Below, piece after piece: positions 24,101 to 37,571 of a DNA stretch of 64,000 nt. Below the pieces are notes generated by a model, which worked only from the letters and a program-made list of their open reading frames with translations, had not been told where the DNA came from and searched no databases. The DNA is from Azolla caroliniana. Lineage: Eukaryota; Plantae; Polypodiophyta. The position numbers were made by a program, and so were the translations under genes. Positions within the stretch are counted from its first letter, which is position 1; the number at the start of each line of letters is the position of its first letter. The stretch is from the NCBI GenBank assembly GCA_043228905.1, contig JBHGNT010000018.1, forward strand, positions 4,092,001 to 4,156,000. The letters run 5' to 3'.

Positions 24101-25558
24101 GTAAGTTCAAAATGTAGTGTCATTGGGGAAGTAATTCTTTCATGTCGAATCGGCCGGAGAGAAGCTTCTTGATATTATTGATATCGGCTATGTGCTCTCC
24201 TCCAATGACCAAATCGTCGACATATATTATGATGAATAACTGTCCTCTAGAGTTGCTTTGGATGAACAAGGAATTGTCAGATTTGGACATTTTGAAGCTG
24301 ATTTGATGAAGTTATTGCGTTATCTTTGAATGTCATGCTCTAGGTGCCTACTTGAGCCCATAGAGAGGCTTTTTGAGTCGGTAGGTGACAATTGGATGCA
24401 AGCTCAAGTTGAAGCTGGGTGGTTGTACCATGTACACTTCCTCATCTAATTCCCCTTGAAGAAAGACGTTCTTTACATCCATTTGATGGAGGTGCCACCC
24501 TTTTGCAAGTGAGAGCGTGATCACAGTCCAAATGATAGACATCTTTGCCATCGGGGCAAAGGTCTCTTCATAATCGACCCCATGGGTTTGCGACAACTCA
24601 GGCTTTGTATCGATTGACCGTTCCATCAATATTGTATTTCACTTTGTAGATCCACTGAGAACCGATTTCTTTCCGATGGGTTGAAGGAGGGACAATGGTC
24701 CAAGTTTTGTTCTTGTCAAGAGCTTGCATTTCCTCATTCATTGCTTTGACCCATTGTGGATCATGAGCAGCTTCGGCAAAACTTTCTGGTTCATGAATAG
24801 TTGCCACCTTCATCATAAAGGCATAATGATATGCCATATAGTTGTTATAGCTGAATCGGTTGACTGGGTTCTTTTCTCAATTGGAGTGACAAAGTTTTTC
24901 ATTTGCCATTGTGAGAGCTTTCTTTGCTTTGGGTATCCTCATGATGGGAGCATCAAATCCATCTGTCAAGTGAGTGAGCCGATTCGTTTCCATTGGATTG
25001 TTCGTCTTCATATTCCAACATTTTAGCCTTCCCTTTGTTTGATTTCGGACTTGGCCGTGACATGCTTTGCTCGCTTGGAGGCTCTTGAGGTCCACTCAAC
25101 CTGGTTGAGATTGGACTTTCTTTTGGTGTAGGCCTTAGTTGATCATCCTCCTCCAAGTCTATGTGGAGATTGGCTTCAATCGGTTCAGATGGAGGGATGT
25201 GGGGAGTATACCAGGATGCCGATTCGTCGAATACGACATTCTTACACACACTTTTCGGGTAGAGAGGTTTAGTTATACCCTTTTTGTTCGAGTGAATACC
25301 CCATGAAGATGCATTTTTCCGATTTTGGATCAAGCTTTTGCCGCTTCTCATCGGGAAGTGCACGAATGTAATTAAGCCGAATATATTGACATGAGATAAG
25401 TCCGACTTCTTCACAAAATATTTTTCGTGGGGGGTAATTTCATGCACATTGGATATTAGGCACTAGTTCATGAGGTAAACGACAATGTTTGCTACTTCTG
25501 CCCAGTACGACTTCGGCAAGTTCTTTTCGTTCATCATTGTCATAGCCACCTCAAGTAT
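21186..25558 (-). mobile_element. Degenerate Ty1/copia pol (INT-RT-RH), split by the nested element at 21284-23671
   Basis: INT C-terminus 24953-25550, RT WIYKVK/QMDVKN/YVDD, RNase H SWSSKKQPTV continuing at 21280 as TEVEY..VWLKRIL. Confidence 0.85.
21284..23671 (-). mobile_element. Internally deleted (non-autonomous) Ty1/copia element retaining gag and protease only
   Basis: LTRs 21284-21732 and 23238-23671, tRNA-Met PBS tggtatcaaagc, PPT cttgagggggag, degenerate TSD gtgtt/atgct, WYVDSGAS. Homologous to 51901-57849. Confidence 0.9.
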
Positions 25559-27420
25559 TGAAAGGGTTAGAAATTGTCAATAGGACTGAGGAACACTCGG
25601 GGTTTTAGGTGTAGTGGTAGTGCGATTGCTGAAAAGATAGATAGATAGAGAGAGACAGTTGGAGGAGCTCACCTTTCGAAGTGAGATCCAAAAGTTTTTA
25701 ACTTATGTTTTATATGACCCATTTGGGTTGGCCAAGTTCACATTGAACTTGGCCCAAAAATAACGGAAAAGTGATTAGTGATTTTTAGCCTTTATAAATA
25801 GGCATATACACATTTCCACACTATAAGGGGTCATTTAGGACCTTTTCCCCAACAACCTCCCACTTAAAGGCATAAAGGACGCCTTTAAGCTAGGTAATTC
25901 TCACCATCTGTATACAAGTGCTTTGGATAAGCACTTGGTGAGTACATTTGCAAGGTTCTGTGATGTATGGACCTTTATCAATGTGATAAGGCCATCCTCA
26001 AGCACTTCTCGAATGAAGTGATATTGCACATCAATATGTTTTGTGTGTGCATGAAACATAACATTCTTTGCCAAACAAATGGCACTTTCTCTATCACAAC
26101 CAAGCATAGGTGCCTTTTCAGGCAAACCAAACTCATTGCAAAGACGTGCTAACCATATCGCTTCCTTGGAAGCGTCAGTGATTGAAATATATCCAGCCTC
26201 GGTAGTGGACAAAGCAACAACCTTTTGCTGCCTACTGCACCATGATATAACACCACATGTAAGGGTGAATACTTTGCTACTTGTGGATTTCCGTGTATCC
26301 ATAACACTTATTTTTAGTCCTTTTTAAGTACCTCATAATAGACTTTACTACATTCCAATGTGCCTTTCTTGGATTAGCCACGAATCCGCTTACAACTCCC
26401 ACTACATAGGCAATATACATAAGTGAACCACAAGTTGAAGCGTAAGGTACAACTTGCATGCCATTGATTGCTTCTTGTGTCTTAGGACAATCTTCCTTAG
26501 AGATTTTATCCTATGACTGTAATGGCACCCCAAGAGGCTTTGCATTGGCCATACAAAATCAATCCAACACCATATCAATGCATTGAGATAAATACAATGG
26601 GTGTTTCTCCCTTTGTCTCCTAATTCTTACTCCAAGTACATGTTCATCTCCCCCAAGGTCTTTCATTGAAAATGCAAATTTCAGCTGCTTTTTAAGGACA
26701 TCAACAATGCTCCTTTTCTTGGCAACAATGAGCATATCATCTACATATAGTACAAGAATGATTGGGTTGCCATTTTCATCTCTTTTAGTGTACAAACAGT
26801 GATCAACATGGCTTCTTTTGTACCCATGTTTGAGCATAAAAGCATCAAATTTTTTGTACCATTGTCTAGAAGCTTGTTTCAGCCCATACAAGCTTTTATT
26901 GAACTTACATACCAAATGTTCTTTTCTAGGAATAACAAAGCCCTCGGGCAGTTTCATATAAAGCTCTTCATCAATGTCACCATGCAAAAAGGTTGTATGT
27001 ACATCCATTTGGTCTAATTCCAAATCAAGTGCAACCACTATAACAAATAACACTCGTAAAGTGGTCATTTTTACCATAGGAGAAAACACTTCCTAGAAAT
27101 CTATGCCTTTAGTTTGAGCATATCCTTTTGCAACCAACCTTGCTTTATACTTGGGTTTGTTATTAACAATCTTGATTTTATATACCATTTGTTAGGAATA
27201 ACTTTTCTTCTTTTGGGCAGTTTAACCAAGTCCCAAGTATTATTTGAATGCAAAGCCTTAATCTCTTCTTGCATAGCAAGCTCCCACTTATTGTTTTGCT
27301 CACATGCCTTTGCCTCTTTATATGTAAGAGGTTCTCCCTCATCAGTCAATATTATGTAGTGCAACGAGGGGTAAAATCCACTCACATTTCGTCTAATACG
27401 AGTAGAACGTCTCACCCAAT
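25559..27420 (-). mobile_element. Ty1/copia 3' half (3' LTR about 25559-25854, PPT, RH, RT)
   Basis: YVDD, SLYGLKQ, VALSTTEA, KHIDV motifs; aagtgggaggt PPT before the LTR. Confidence 0.85.
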
Positions 27421-27444
27421 GGTTACATGCCTTAGGAATGGACA

Positions 27445-28423
27445 GAGGGCCTAATATATTTGATTTCGAAGGGGGACGACCCTTTGGATGATATTCGAAA
27501 ATGGAGGCCTATAACACTACTTAATGTTGTATATAAGATTTTAGCTAAAACCATAGCAAGGAGGGTGCAACCTTTTTTACCTCAACTAATTCATGATTTG
27601 CAGATGGGTTTTGTTCAAGAGAGAAGTATTTTTTATAACATTTTTTTGTTTTGGGAAATGGAGGCTATTGCAGAGCAACAACAACAGGAATTGGCTATTT
27701 TGTATTTAGATTTCGAGAAGGCTTATGACAGAGTGGATTGGGATTTCATGGAAGGGACATTAATGCGAATGAGCTTTCCAATGCAATGGATTAGGGCTGT
27801 CACAACTTTGTATAGGACTGCTCATAGTTCTCTTTTGTTTACAGGTGATGTTGGTTGTAGATTTTCAATTTGCGATCAGTAAGACAAGGGTGTCCGTTGG
27901 CTCCCTTTTTCTTTATTTTAGTCTCTGAAGCTTTTTCTGATTACCTTAGGAGTAGGAGTGTCAATATTCATGGTATAGCCTTACCTATAAAGGGATATGC
28001 AGCTATGGATGTTTATTCAGAATTTGCTGATGATACTGCTTTATATGTTTTTGCAGAAAAGGAGAACTTGTTGAATCTTCAACAAGCGGTAACAGATTTT
28101 TGTGATGCTTCAGGAGCTTTGATTAATTGGGACAAGTCCATGGGATTTTGGGTCACGTCTTCGTCTCCTCCACAAGATGTGCCAACCTTGGGTTTTATTT
28201 GGGTACCCCGAGGTAAAGCAGTAAGGTATTTGGGTTGCCAAGTGGGGCTAGAATTGTTCGCAGAAGATATGGTAACACCCCTTTTGTTACGGGTTAGAAA
28301 TAAATTGTTGTATTGGGATACAACTAATTTGTCTTTACCAGGAAGGGTAGTTGTGGCAAACTTGGTTTTGCTCGCATCAATGTGGTATGTTGCGTCAACC
28401 TGGTTATTTTCACATTCTATTAT
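27445..28423 (+). mobile_element. Non-LTR (L1/Tx1-type LINE) reverse transcriptase fragment
   Basis: WRPITLLNVVYKILAK, LDFEKAYDRVDW, SVRQGCPLAP, FADD, INWDKS, RYLG. Confidence 0.9.
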
Positions 28424-28595
28424 TGTTAGGAATTATGTGATTAGTTCATAAGCGGAAGATTAAGTGATGTGTGTATGTATGTGTGTGAGAGGAAGAGAGA
28501 GAGACGAAGTTAACACTTATGAACAACACAAGATGGGGTATGATCAACTCTATATTAAATTAGCATCATCGTCATCAAATACAAAAATACCCACA

Positions 28596-28743
28596 ATGAG
28601 GTATATATACATCTCATGTGCAAAGGTGCACATGTGTGAGTAGAATATTGGTACTAAGGTGTAAGTCCTATATTAAATGGCTTGGTACCAATATTCTACT
28701 CACACATGTGCACCTTTGCACATGAGATGTATATATACCTCAT
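28596..28743. repeat. Long inverted repeat (63-bp arms, 22-nt loop) in an LTR-like fragment starting about 28424
   Basis: 28596-28658 is the reverse complement of 28681-28743 with one mismatch. Confidence 0.95.
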
Positions 28744-28816
28744 ACAGAGACGAAACATGGCTCGGTCGAGATACGTGCACGCACGGACGCGTCTACGGTT
28801 CGGTTGCAACGCACGT

Positions 28817-31800
28817 TGTCGAGAAAATCCTCGGGAATGCGTAGAAATTGGGTAGGACCACAGGGGTCTTGAACCAAGGAATCAAGAAGTGAGGAGGAAG
28901 AGTCTGTGGTTTACGTAAGCCCTGAGACCGCGGTTAAATAGAGAAGGGTAGCGAAACAAGAGAGAGAGTGTAAGAGGATCGTGTGTAGACATAGGCGGAG
29001 ACAGAGATGTTGAGTACAACTTGCGTTAGGTAGATAAGTTTTCTATTAATCCAAACATGCGCGTGGCGCTGTGGGTGATTACAACCGGATCAGTGCCGGT
29101 GATAGAGCGTCGAGCTCTACAGTAGTTAGATACATAGATACGTAGCCATACAGAAGGTCGATCCCCTAGCCGGGAGCACTCGGGCGTCTGTCGTGAGCAG
29201 GGGAAGCGCCTTCCGGTGTTCCGTTGTAGGACTCCTTGTTTCCCTCCTCTCTGTTTCCTTTCTCCTCTCTAGATGACATCTCGAAATCAGTCAAAGGTTG
29301 CCCTTTTTATAGCACAAGGAGCGACCGTTACAAAGCATTCATGACCTGTCGCTCTCCCCTCCTAGATTCTTCCCCCTGATTCACTCTCCTCGCAACTCTC
29401 CCTCCTTACGCGATGTTTGAATCCCAATTAATGCCTTAACTACCTAGTACACCTCTTTCTACCTATGCCTAGTACTTACACTATTAAATTCACTAGGGGT
29501 GTGTACTCGTGCACACCAGTGTTCTTGCGCATTTCACATTGTTTCCACCTATGGCCCGGAATCTTCACGACATCCACCCCCACTAAACCACACATACTTC
29601 GGTATGTGCCGGGTAGCGAATTTAGTGAGGGATTCCGGACCATCTGCTACTCGTCTTCTCCTTCTGAACTGGTGCTTTCGGCCCCCGGGTTCGATTCCGC
29701 CTCTTGAAGGCCTTTATCCACTTCCCGGCCATCGGAGTCGTCATTCGGGTCCCGTCGAGCTCCGAGAGATGATATGTCGCGTTGTCATTGACGCTAATTA
29801 CCATGTATGGCCCGAACCATCGCTTCGCGAACTTACGCGTAGACCTATGCTGGTTGTCGATGTTGTTGTCATAGACTAACACCCAATCGCCTTCCTCGAT
29901 CTTCCTTGGCCGGAGCCGGTGTGTTCGGTTGAATCGGGACTTGTTCCGGATCCTCACTTCTTTCACCCTCGCCATGGCCCGGTCCACGTCTTTCGGCCTT
30001 TGCTCGAGTTGCTGGATTCGGGCTGCTAGCAATTCTTCTCGGCTCATTTCGTTGGCCCAATCGATCGTCGTCCATGAGGCGATCATCCGCTCCACTAGCA
30101 TGATGGGTTTTTGCCCAAACATTAGTTCCGCCGGCATGTACCCTGTCACCGAACTGTGGGTAGTCCTGTCTGCCCATAGCGTGTAAGGGAGCACCCTCGG
30201 CCAGTCGCCGACTCGTCCTTTGCACGCGCGTACAATGGCTTTTACAATCGAACTGTGGCCGCGCTCAAATTTTCCATTTGCCTCTTGGTTGTACCCCGTT
30301 GTGAGGGATAGTTTTACGCCTAACAGATTGAACAATTCCTCGGCCTCTTCCGTGTCCAGCTCGCCTCGGTCAACCACGATTTTTCCCACGCACCCGTATC
30401 GGCATATGACATCCTCGATAAGAAACTTACATACTGCCGTGGTGGTCTTGTTTGTTAGTGCCCAACCCTCTACCTGGTTCATTAGGTCTTCTCTAGCCAG
30501 CACCAGGTATCGCTTTTGACCCTCTCCCATCGGCATCGTTACTAAGTCGACCATCCATTGGAAATGCACTACCGGGGGGGTATGTTGGGTGCAGCTCGTC
30601 TCGGTGACAAACCACCGAGTGCATCTAGCAGCTTTCGCATGTGGTCACGAAGTCGTGCACGCTCTTATATATACCCAGCCACCAATATTGCTCTTTTAAC
30701 TTCTCGAATGTGGCCCATGTACCCCGGTGTCCAAACCAAGGGCTTTCGTGGAACTCTGATATTAGCTTCTCTTGATCATCTACCCACGCTATTACCCGGA
30801 GCGGTGCGTCGTTTTGCCTTTTTGGGACCCTCCATATTTTCCCATTCCGTAGGAAATATCTGTATGCCCTTTTTCGGAGCTGTCCCGCTTCCTCCCTAGT
30901 CATCGTGGTGTCCATCGTCACTGTTCTTAGAAATCTTCCGATTAGAAGCCACTACCCGTTGTAGTCGTCCTCGTCGAACTTGTTCAGGGTCGGAGCGCTT
31001 CACCTCTTTATCCTCATCCTTGCCGATTTGAAGAAGTCCGCACTGACTTCTTCGTTCTCTGATATCATGTCGTCCTCATCCTCGAACCTTGCTCTGGAAA
31101 GCATATCGGCCATGGCATTGTCTTTACTCGAGATGTGTTGTATCTTTTGGTTCAGGGACTTGATGTACGCAATCCACCTGAGCATGGCTAGGTCGGGAGT
31201 TGTGCATCAGGAGACCATACTGAGAATCGACAGGCAGTCCGTTTCTATAATCACCTCTGTCCCGATTAGGTAGTCTTTGTCGACCTTAACCGCCGAAACG
31301 ATACCCCATAGCTTGCGCTTGACTTGGGCGTATCCTCGCTGTCGCTCACTCAGTACCTTCACACCGAACCGGATAGGGAAATGCATGCCGTCTTCATATT
31401 CTTGATTTACGACCCATCCGATCTTGGTCGGGCTGGCGTCCACCGTGATGTAGATCGGAGTTCCCGGTGAGTATTCTGCTTTGCGCAAAGCTGGTGCTGC
31501 GGTGATCGTTCGTTTTAGCCTCCGGACCGCCTCGGTATGTTCCTTTGTCCATTCGAATTTCTTGTTCTTCTTTAGCAAGCCATAGAGTGGTTCGACAATA
31601 TGCACGTAATGAGGGATCCATATGTGGTAGAAGGCACATGCTCCTAAGAATCGCCGGACTTCTGTGATGGATCCACACTTCTCCTTCATTGCCGAGATGG
31701 CCTCTACCTTGGTCGGCGATGGCTTCCGGCCGTACAACCCACATAGATGGCCCACCACTAAGATCTCTGGTTGTCCAAAGGCCGACTTCTCTCCCGAGAA

Positions 31801-34800
31801 GGTAAGTCGTGCGTCTTCGAGTCTGTGTAGTATCTTCTCGCAGTCGAAGATATGGTCGGTGACAAACCTTCGGCACCCGTCCGCGCCGATCGACTCATCC
31901 TTTGTGTCCTCCGGACACCCCTTGATAGGGATGTCATCCAGGAAAGGCATGGTGATGTCCGGAATGTAGTCCCGTAGAACTCTGTTCATTGCATTCACCA
32001 TGTGTGCCACTGAGTTGGTCCCTCCCTGTGGTAGGGTACACATTCGAACTAGGCCAAGAGGGGTTCGCATTGTTGTGATGTCCCTGTTTTCCATGACCAG
32101 TTGAAACTGGTTGTACCCGGAGTAAAGGTCTCCGACCGAGTATATAGACCTTCCGGCGAAGGTTTCTGCGAACTCATCGATCGTCGGTCCAACTCCTGTG
32201 TTGCGGATGGTCACCTTATTGACTGGTTATAAGTCTTGGATGAAGCGCAATGTACCGCTCTTCTTTGGTGCTGTAAACCATCGGTTAGAGTAAGGGGCAC
32301 TCGACGGTTCGAGGATGCCCAACTCCACCTTCTGCTTAAGAAGCTCCATCAACATTGGCATGTGAGCTCTCGATACTTGAATCGGTTTGAGACTCCATGG
32401 CACGTGCGACACGATAAAGATCACCATTAGTTCGACAATGGTTGGGTCGACGCACCCGATCTCTCTCGGCGAGAATGCAAAGGCTTTCCCGTGCCTCTTG
32501 AGCATCCTTCTGAACCAATCCTCTTCCGCCGACAGTAGGAAGCCACCCCCACCGATCTTCAGCTCTCATAACGTTTTGTCAGTGAAACGGTGTCCTATGT
32601 CGGCCGGATCTCGCAAGCTCGGGTTGGTAGCAACCCCCTTTATTCGTTCCCAGCTGCCCTCCGGTAAGGGAGCCACAATGGGCTTCACCTTCCAGTCCAC
32701 AACCTTGTACTTGGTGTCTACTCGGGCGATCCGATGCGCCCTGGTTTTTCTTTCGAAGTCCGCAATGACTTCATACATGTCAACCGAGTTGACCTGTATG
32801 ACTCAGTCTTTGCTTAGGCCTCCTTCGACTACCTCCCCGATTTCTCCAAGGGTGTCATCGAACGAGATTGCCTCCACGGCTTCCCCAATCCCTTCGTCGT
32901 GACTCAAGGCTCTGCATGCCTTTAAGCGTATCTCGGCCCGTTTTCTTTCTCGGCCACTAATGTTGGCGATGGTACATCCCCCATTGTTGGAGAACAAAAC
33001 TTTCCTTCCTATTTTATAGGTGTGGGGAATTTGCAGGCTATCCGGACTATCGCGGCCCCACGCCTTCATAGCCCTTTCTAAAAATCCTCCCTGTCGTTAT
33101 TTCCAAGGGTGTCCCTGTTCCGCTCGTGATTCTTCCGAACGGTCAAAAATTGGATGGAATGATGGCCGTCCTGACTTTTTACCCTCGCATAGGCTGAACC
33201 ATTGTCCAACACTTTCGTCTCCATTCTAGGCGCTGTGATGTATGGTTCGCCGAGGATGACCGGGTGGGAGGATGTCTCTTGCACGAAAAAGTGCTGGTTT
33301 ATATCGACGTCTCTGACACTCACCCTGACGTTCGGGCAAGCCCCGTGTAGTTCTTCCGTGGCTCTTGTAGCCGCGCGTATCTTCCACCCGTGTTTGGTGT
33401 TGATCGACCAATTCCCCTTTTTGTAGAAGTCCATGGACATCAGGTTAATTTCCGACCCGTGGTCGATTAATGCCACCACCGGTTCCTTCACGTCCCCGAT
33501 ACGAACGGGGGTTTCTGTAGTCGCCCTTGCCTAGTGCAACCTGGCGTAGTGGCTCTCCGCAAGCTCGTCTTCCGCGGCCACCTCGTCGAGGAGTGCCGCC
33601 CTTACCTCAACCGGCTTCTCGGGCTCCGGTTCTGTCGCGAGACGCTTTCTCTTCACGAGGTCCATGATGTAGTTGTGGAATTCCTGTCTTGCTATGCCAA
33701 GCACTTCCCTAAGCATGAGTTCTATGCGACTGTCGAGAACTCGCTCCTCTAGAACCTTTTGTAGGTTCGTTGTTTTCTCGATTTCCGAGCTTAAACGGAA
33801 GCTCGGAATCCTGCCCTTCTCCTTCTCCTGGGACCCGCTCGGAGTGGCATCGTGCCTTTTCGGCGCGCTTTGGGTGTCATACCTCCCCGAAGGGCCCGCT
33901 CCCCCGGTTTTCCCCGCTCGCCTTTCGTCGATCAGGGCCTCGTAGTTCCTGCACGCGGCCTCCACAAAGCCGGTGCTCTCCTCAACGGGGTCACTCCAGC
34001 CGGTAGCTTTGCACACACGCTCCTCCGCGCACTCCGCTTCTCCCTTCTGTGGCCTTTCTCCGGACAAGGTCTCGAGAGTAATCGGCCAAAACCCATGTTT
34101 TCGAATTGGGTTTGGCCTCCTTTTCGCCTACGCGGATTCCGACTGAAACCGAGTAGTGGATGGCTTCGACGTGCCGTGTCGTGGCCTCTTCCATTAGCCT
34201 CTTCATGCCACCTTGTCCGAAATTCGCATCAAGCAATCTTCGTGTGTTGATCGCATGTATCCTACCATTCGAAAGAAAACTACATTACTTCTGAGCTCTT
34301 CGCCGAGGTTAGCGCAATCTCTCTGGGCATGTCCGGTGGTGTCACACCATATGCACCTCTGATTGGCCGGCGGTTTCCGGTCGCGCGGCTGACCCTCGTC
34401 GCTTCGTCGGGCCTGGGTGATTTGGAGGTCGCACACCATCCTTGTTAGTTCTTCGAGTCCTGCGCCGCCTACAGGTCCCACGACTACGTTCGCCGGAGGT
34501 GGGCCTAGCTCGAGCCACCTCCTTGTTTTCTTCCATTCGGGTCGACATCGGCTCGACTCTGGTTTTGACAGCCGGTTCGGCCGGCGAGGACCCCCTTTCT
34601 TTCCAATCTCGGCGTTTGTCAATCCTACCACATACTTCTTTGACGGTCGCCCAGTTAGTCGTGAGACCACGGTTGGTTTCAAGAAGAAGACCCACGCTTT
34701 CCCGAACGCGCGAGTCGAACGATGTAACGAAAAATAGGACTTGCTCGTTTCGAGCACGATTCGGTCCAATCTAGAGAGCCGTGCGAACCATGACTCGAAC

Positions 34801-35995
34801 TCCTGGAGGAGCGCCGAAGCGTTTTGACCCTTGTCGGGGCTGCTGACCCAATCCATAAAGTTCTTTCTTGATAGCCAGAGCGAGTCGTCGTAGTTGTACC
34901 TTTCAAGAACTTCCTCTACGAATTCCGCCCAATCGCGACAACCTGCTTGTATTTCGGCCATCTCCATATGGATGTGTGGTGTCAGGACCCGGGGAAACCC
35001 TATCATCCGTCTATCCTCGGGTATATTCCTCATATGCATTTCAGATTTGTAGGCCTCTAAGTAACTCATGGCGTCTTTTCCATTGAACCGACCTATCTTG
35101 TCGACCGTTGCTTCTATGGCCCTATCGAGGGCACTCGCGCCCTCGCGACCGCTAACCAAGCGGTCTACCGCCACCACCATTGCTTCTGCAAGTTCGCTTC
35201 CTCTCATTTCAGATTCCTTTGCCGCCCCTGTTCATGTTGGGTTCACCAAAGATGTCAAGAAAATCCTCGTGGATGTGTAGAAGTTGGACAGGACCACGGG
35301 GGTCTTGAACCAAGGTATCAAGAAGTGAGGAGGAAGAGTCTATGGTTTACGTAAGCCCTGAGACCACGGTTAAACAGAGAAGGGTAGCGAAATGAGAGAG
35401 AGAGTGTACGAGGATCATGTGTAGACACAGGCGGAGACAGAGATGCTGAGTACAACTTGCGTTAGGTAGATAAGTTTTCTATTAATCCAAACATGCGCGT
35501 GGCGTTGTGGGTGATTACAATTGGATCAGTGCCGGTGATAGAGCGTCAAGCTCTACAGTAGTTAGATACAAAGATATGTAGCCACGCAGAAGGTCGATCC
35601 CCTAGGGCATCTGACGCGAGCAGGGGAAGCGCCTTCCGGTGTTCCGTTGTAGGACTCCTCGTTTCCCTCCTCTCTATTTCCTTTCTCCTCTCTAGATGAC
35701 ATCCCTAAATCAGTCAAAGGTCGCCCCTTTTATAGCACAAGGAGCGACCGTTACAAAGCATTCATGACCTGTTGCTCTCCCTTCTTAGATTCTTCCCCCT
35801 GATTCACTCTTCTCGCAACTCTCCCTCCTTACGCAATGTTTGAATCCCAATTAATGCCTTAACTACCTAGTACACCTCTTTCTACCTATGCTTAGTACTT
35901 ATACTATTAAATTCACTAGGGGTGTGTACTCGTGCACACCAGTGTTCCTGCGCGTTTCACATTGTTTCCGCCTATAGCCCGGAATCTTCACGACA
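28817..35995 (-). mobile_element. Full-length Ty3/gypsy element with tRNA-Trp PBS and 4-bp TSD
   Basis: LTRs 28817-29572 and 35253-35995 (TGTC...CTTCACGACA). PBS tggtgaacccaacatgaa, PPT gtgggggtgga, TSD acgt/atgt. gag 34203-35207, PR LIDHGSE, RT FLDD 31207-32505, INT 29622-30921. Confidence 0.93.
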
Positions 35996-35999
35996 ATGT

Positions 36000-37380
36000 A
36001 AGGATTACGCATGGGCTGAACTTTATGGATGATTGGATCATGGGGCCGAATTATACCAACGGTTGCATGCAACTAAAAGTAAAGGTCAAGCAACTAAAAA
36101 AGGAGGCCATGCAACTAAAAGTAAAGGCTAAGCAACTAAAAAAGGAGTCCATGCAACTAAAAATAAAGGCCAAGCAACTAAAAATGGAGGCCATGCAACT
36201 AAAAGTGGACGTATGCAAAGGAACATGGAGGCTATGATCGACAAAGAACTCCGTATATGTTCCACTCTTTTTTTTCTCTAGTTTTTTTTTCTTCTTCTCT
36301 TCTTCTCTCTCCATGATTCTAGAATTATAAAGAATCTATTTTCTTGTGCAATAAATGGATATTTTCTTTTACCTACTTGTCTCATGTGTAAATCTTGCTT
36401 GTGTTAAGCATGTGAGCCTTAATTCCTTCCATTCTATAACCCCGGTGGTTCCACCTCACGATCCACAAATAGTGATGGATTTTTCACGACATAATTAAGT
36501 GGTGAACCTGACGTGAAGAGGCAGTAGGGAGGATATCAAGTGCAACAATGGCTTTGACAAGCGGAACTCAAGGAGAGGAATTAATGAAAGGCATGGTGGT
36601 GTCTGTTGTGGAATACATGCTGAAAGTGAGAAATCAAGAGGATTTAATCGAAAAAGCTGTTGATCGAACAATCGAGATAGCTGGACGATTTGGTGGTAAG
36701 ACCATCACAGATTTCCTTGCTACCTATCAGAACGAGATGCAGGAGAGGGATCTCAACGATCTCAAACAAATTTCTAGCTTCAAACGTGTGGTGGAACCAA
36801 GGATTCGCGAGCGCGTCATGGAGATCGAAAATGAGCACGCAACTTGGGCGGAGTTCGAAAAGGTGCTTCTCATTGAATACGTGGTTGAAGACGCGTCACA
36901 GATGACTCGACATACGCTAATGATTTGGATCGAGAAGAAAGGGAAGAATCTGTGTGCGTCGAGAGTGTAATATGCGGAATTCGACCAGAAGTACAACCGA
37001 CTTCTGAGTGCTGATCAACGAGTTCTCAATGGAGATAAAGTCTTGTTATTCCTGAAGGCGGTGGATATGGAAGACCGGCGAGAATTGGGCAATTTTTTGG
37101 AGGACGAAACGCAAGTGGAATTCGACCAGAAGTACAACCGACTTCTGAGTGCTGATCAACGAGTTCTTGATGGAGATAAAGTCCTGCTATTCCTGAAGGC
37201 AGTGGATATGAAAGACCGGTGAGAATTGGGCAGTTTTTTGGAGGACGAAATGCAACCAAATGGCTTGGTAGCGGACTGGGCGGCGATGAAGAACACTTGT
37301 AGGCATCTTGATAAGCGTCGACAATGGCAAGAGGAAACTGATATGGAGAATCCACAATCGTGGAGGAGGAAGGCACCTGT
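36000..37380 (+). mobile_element. Trp-PBS gypsy family fragment (LTR end at 36491, PBS, gag 5' part with a 141-bp internal tandem duplication)
   Basis: ttcacgaca, then tggtgaacctgacgtgaa. Gag RFGGKTITDFL is homologous to 34203-35207. 36976-37116 is duplicated at 37117-37257. Confidence 0.8.
36065..36206. repeat. Tandem repeat with a 42-bp unit made of two 21-bp subunits, about 3.5 copies, in LTR sequence
   Basis: atgcaactaaaagtaaaggycaagcaactaaaaaaggaggcc repeated. Confidence 0.9.
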
Positions 37381-37510
37381 TGTTGGGAAAGGGCCGCCTT
37401 TGAATGCGGAACTTAAGCGAAAATCTTCTATATGATTATCATGAAGTGGTGTATGTAGACAAAAAGATCAATGGCAGATGGAAACATTAAACAAGATGCT
37501 GCAGAGCACG

Positions 37511-37571
<61 letters not shown>

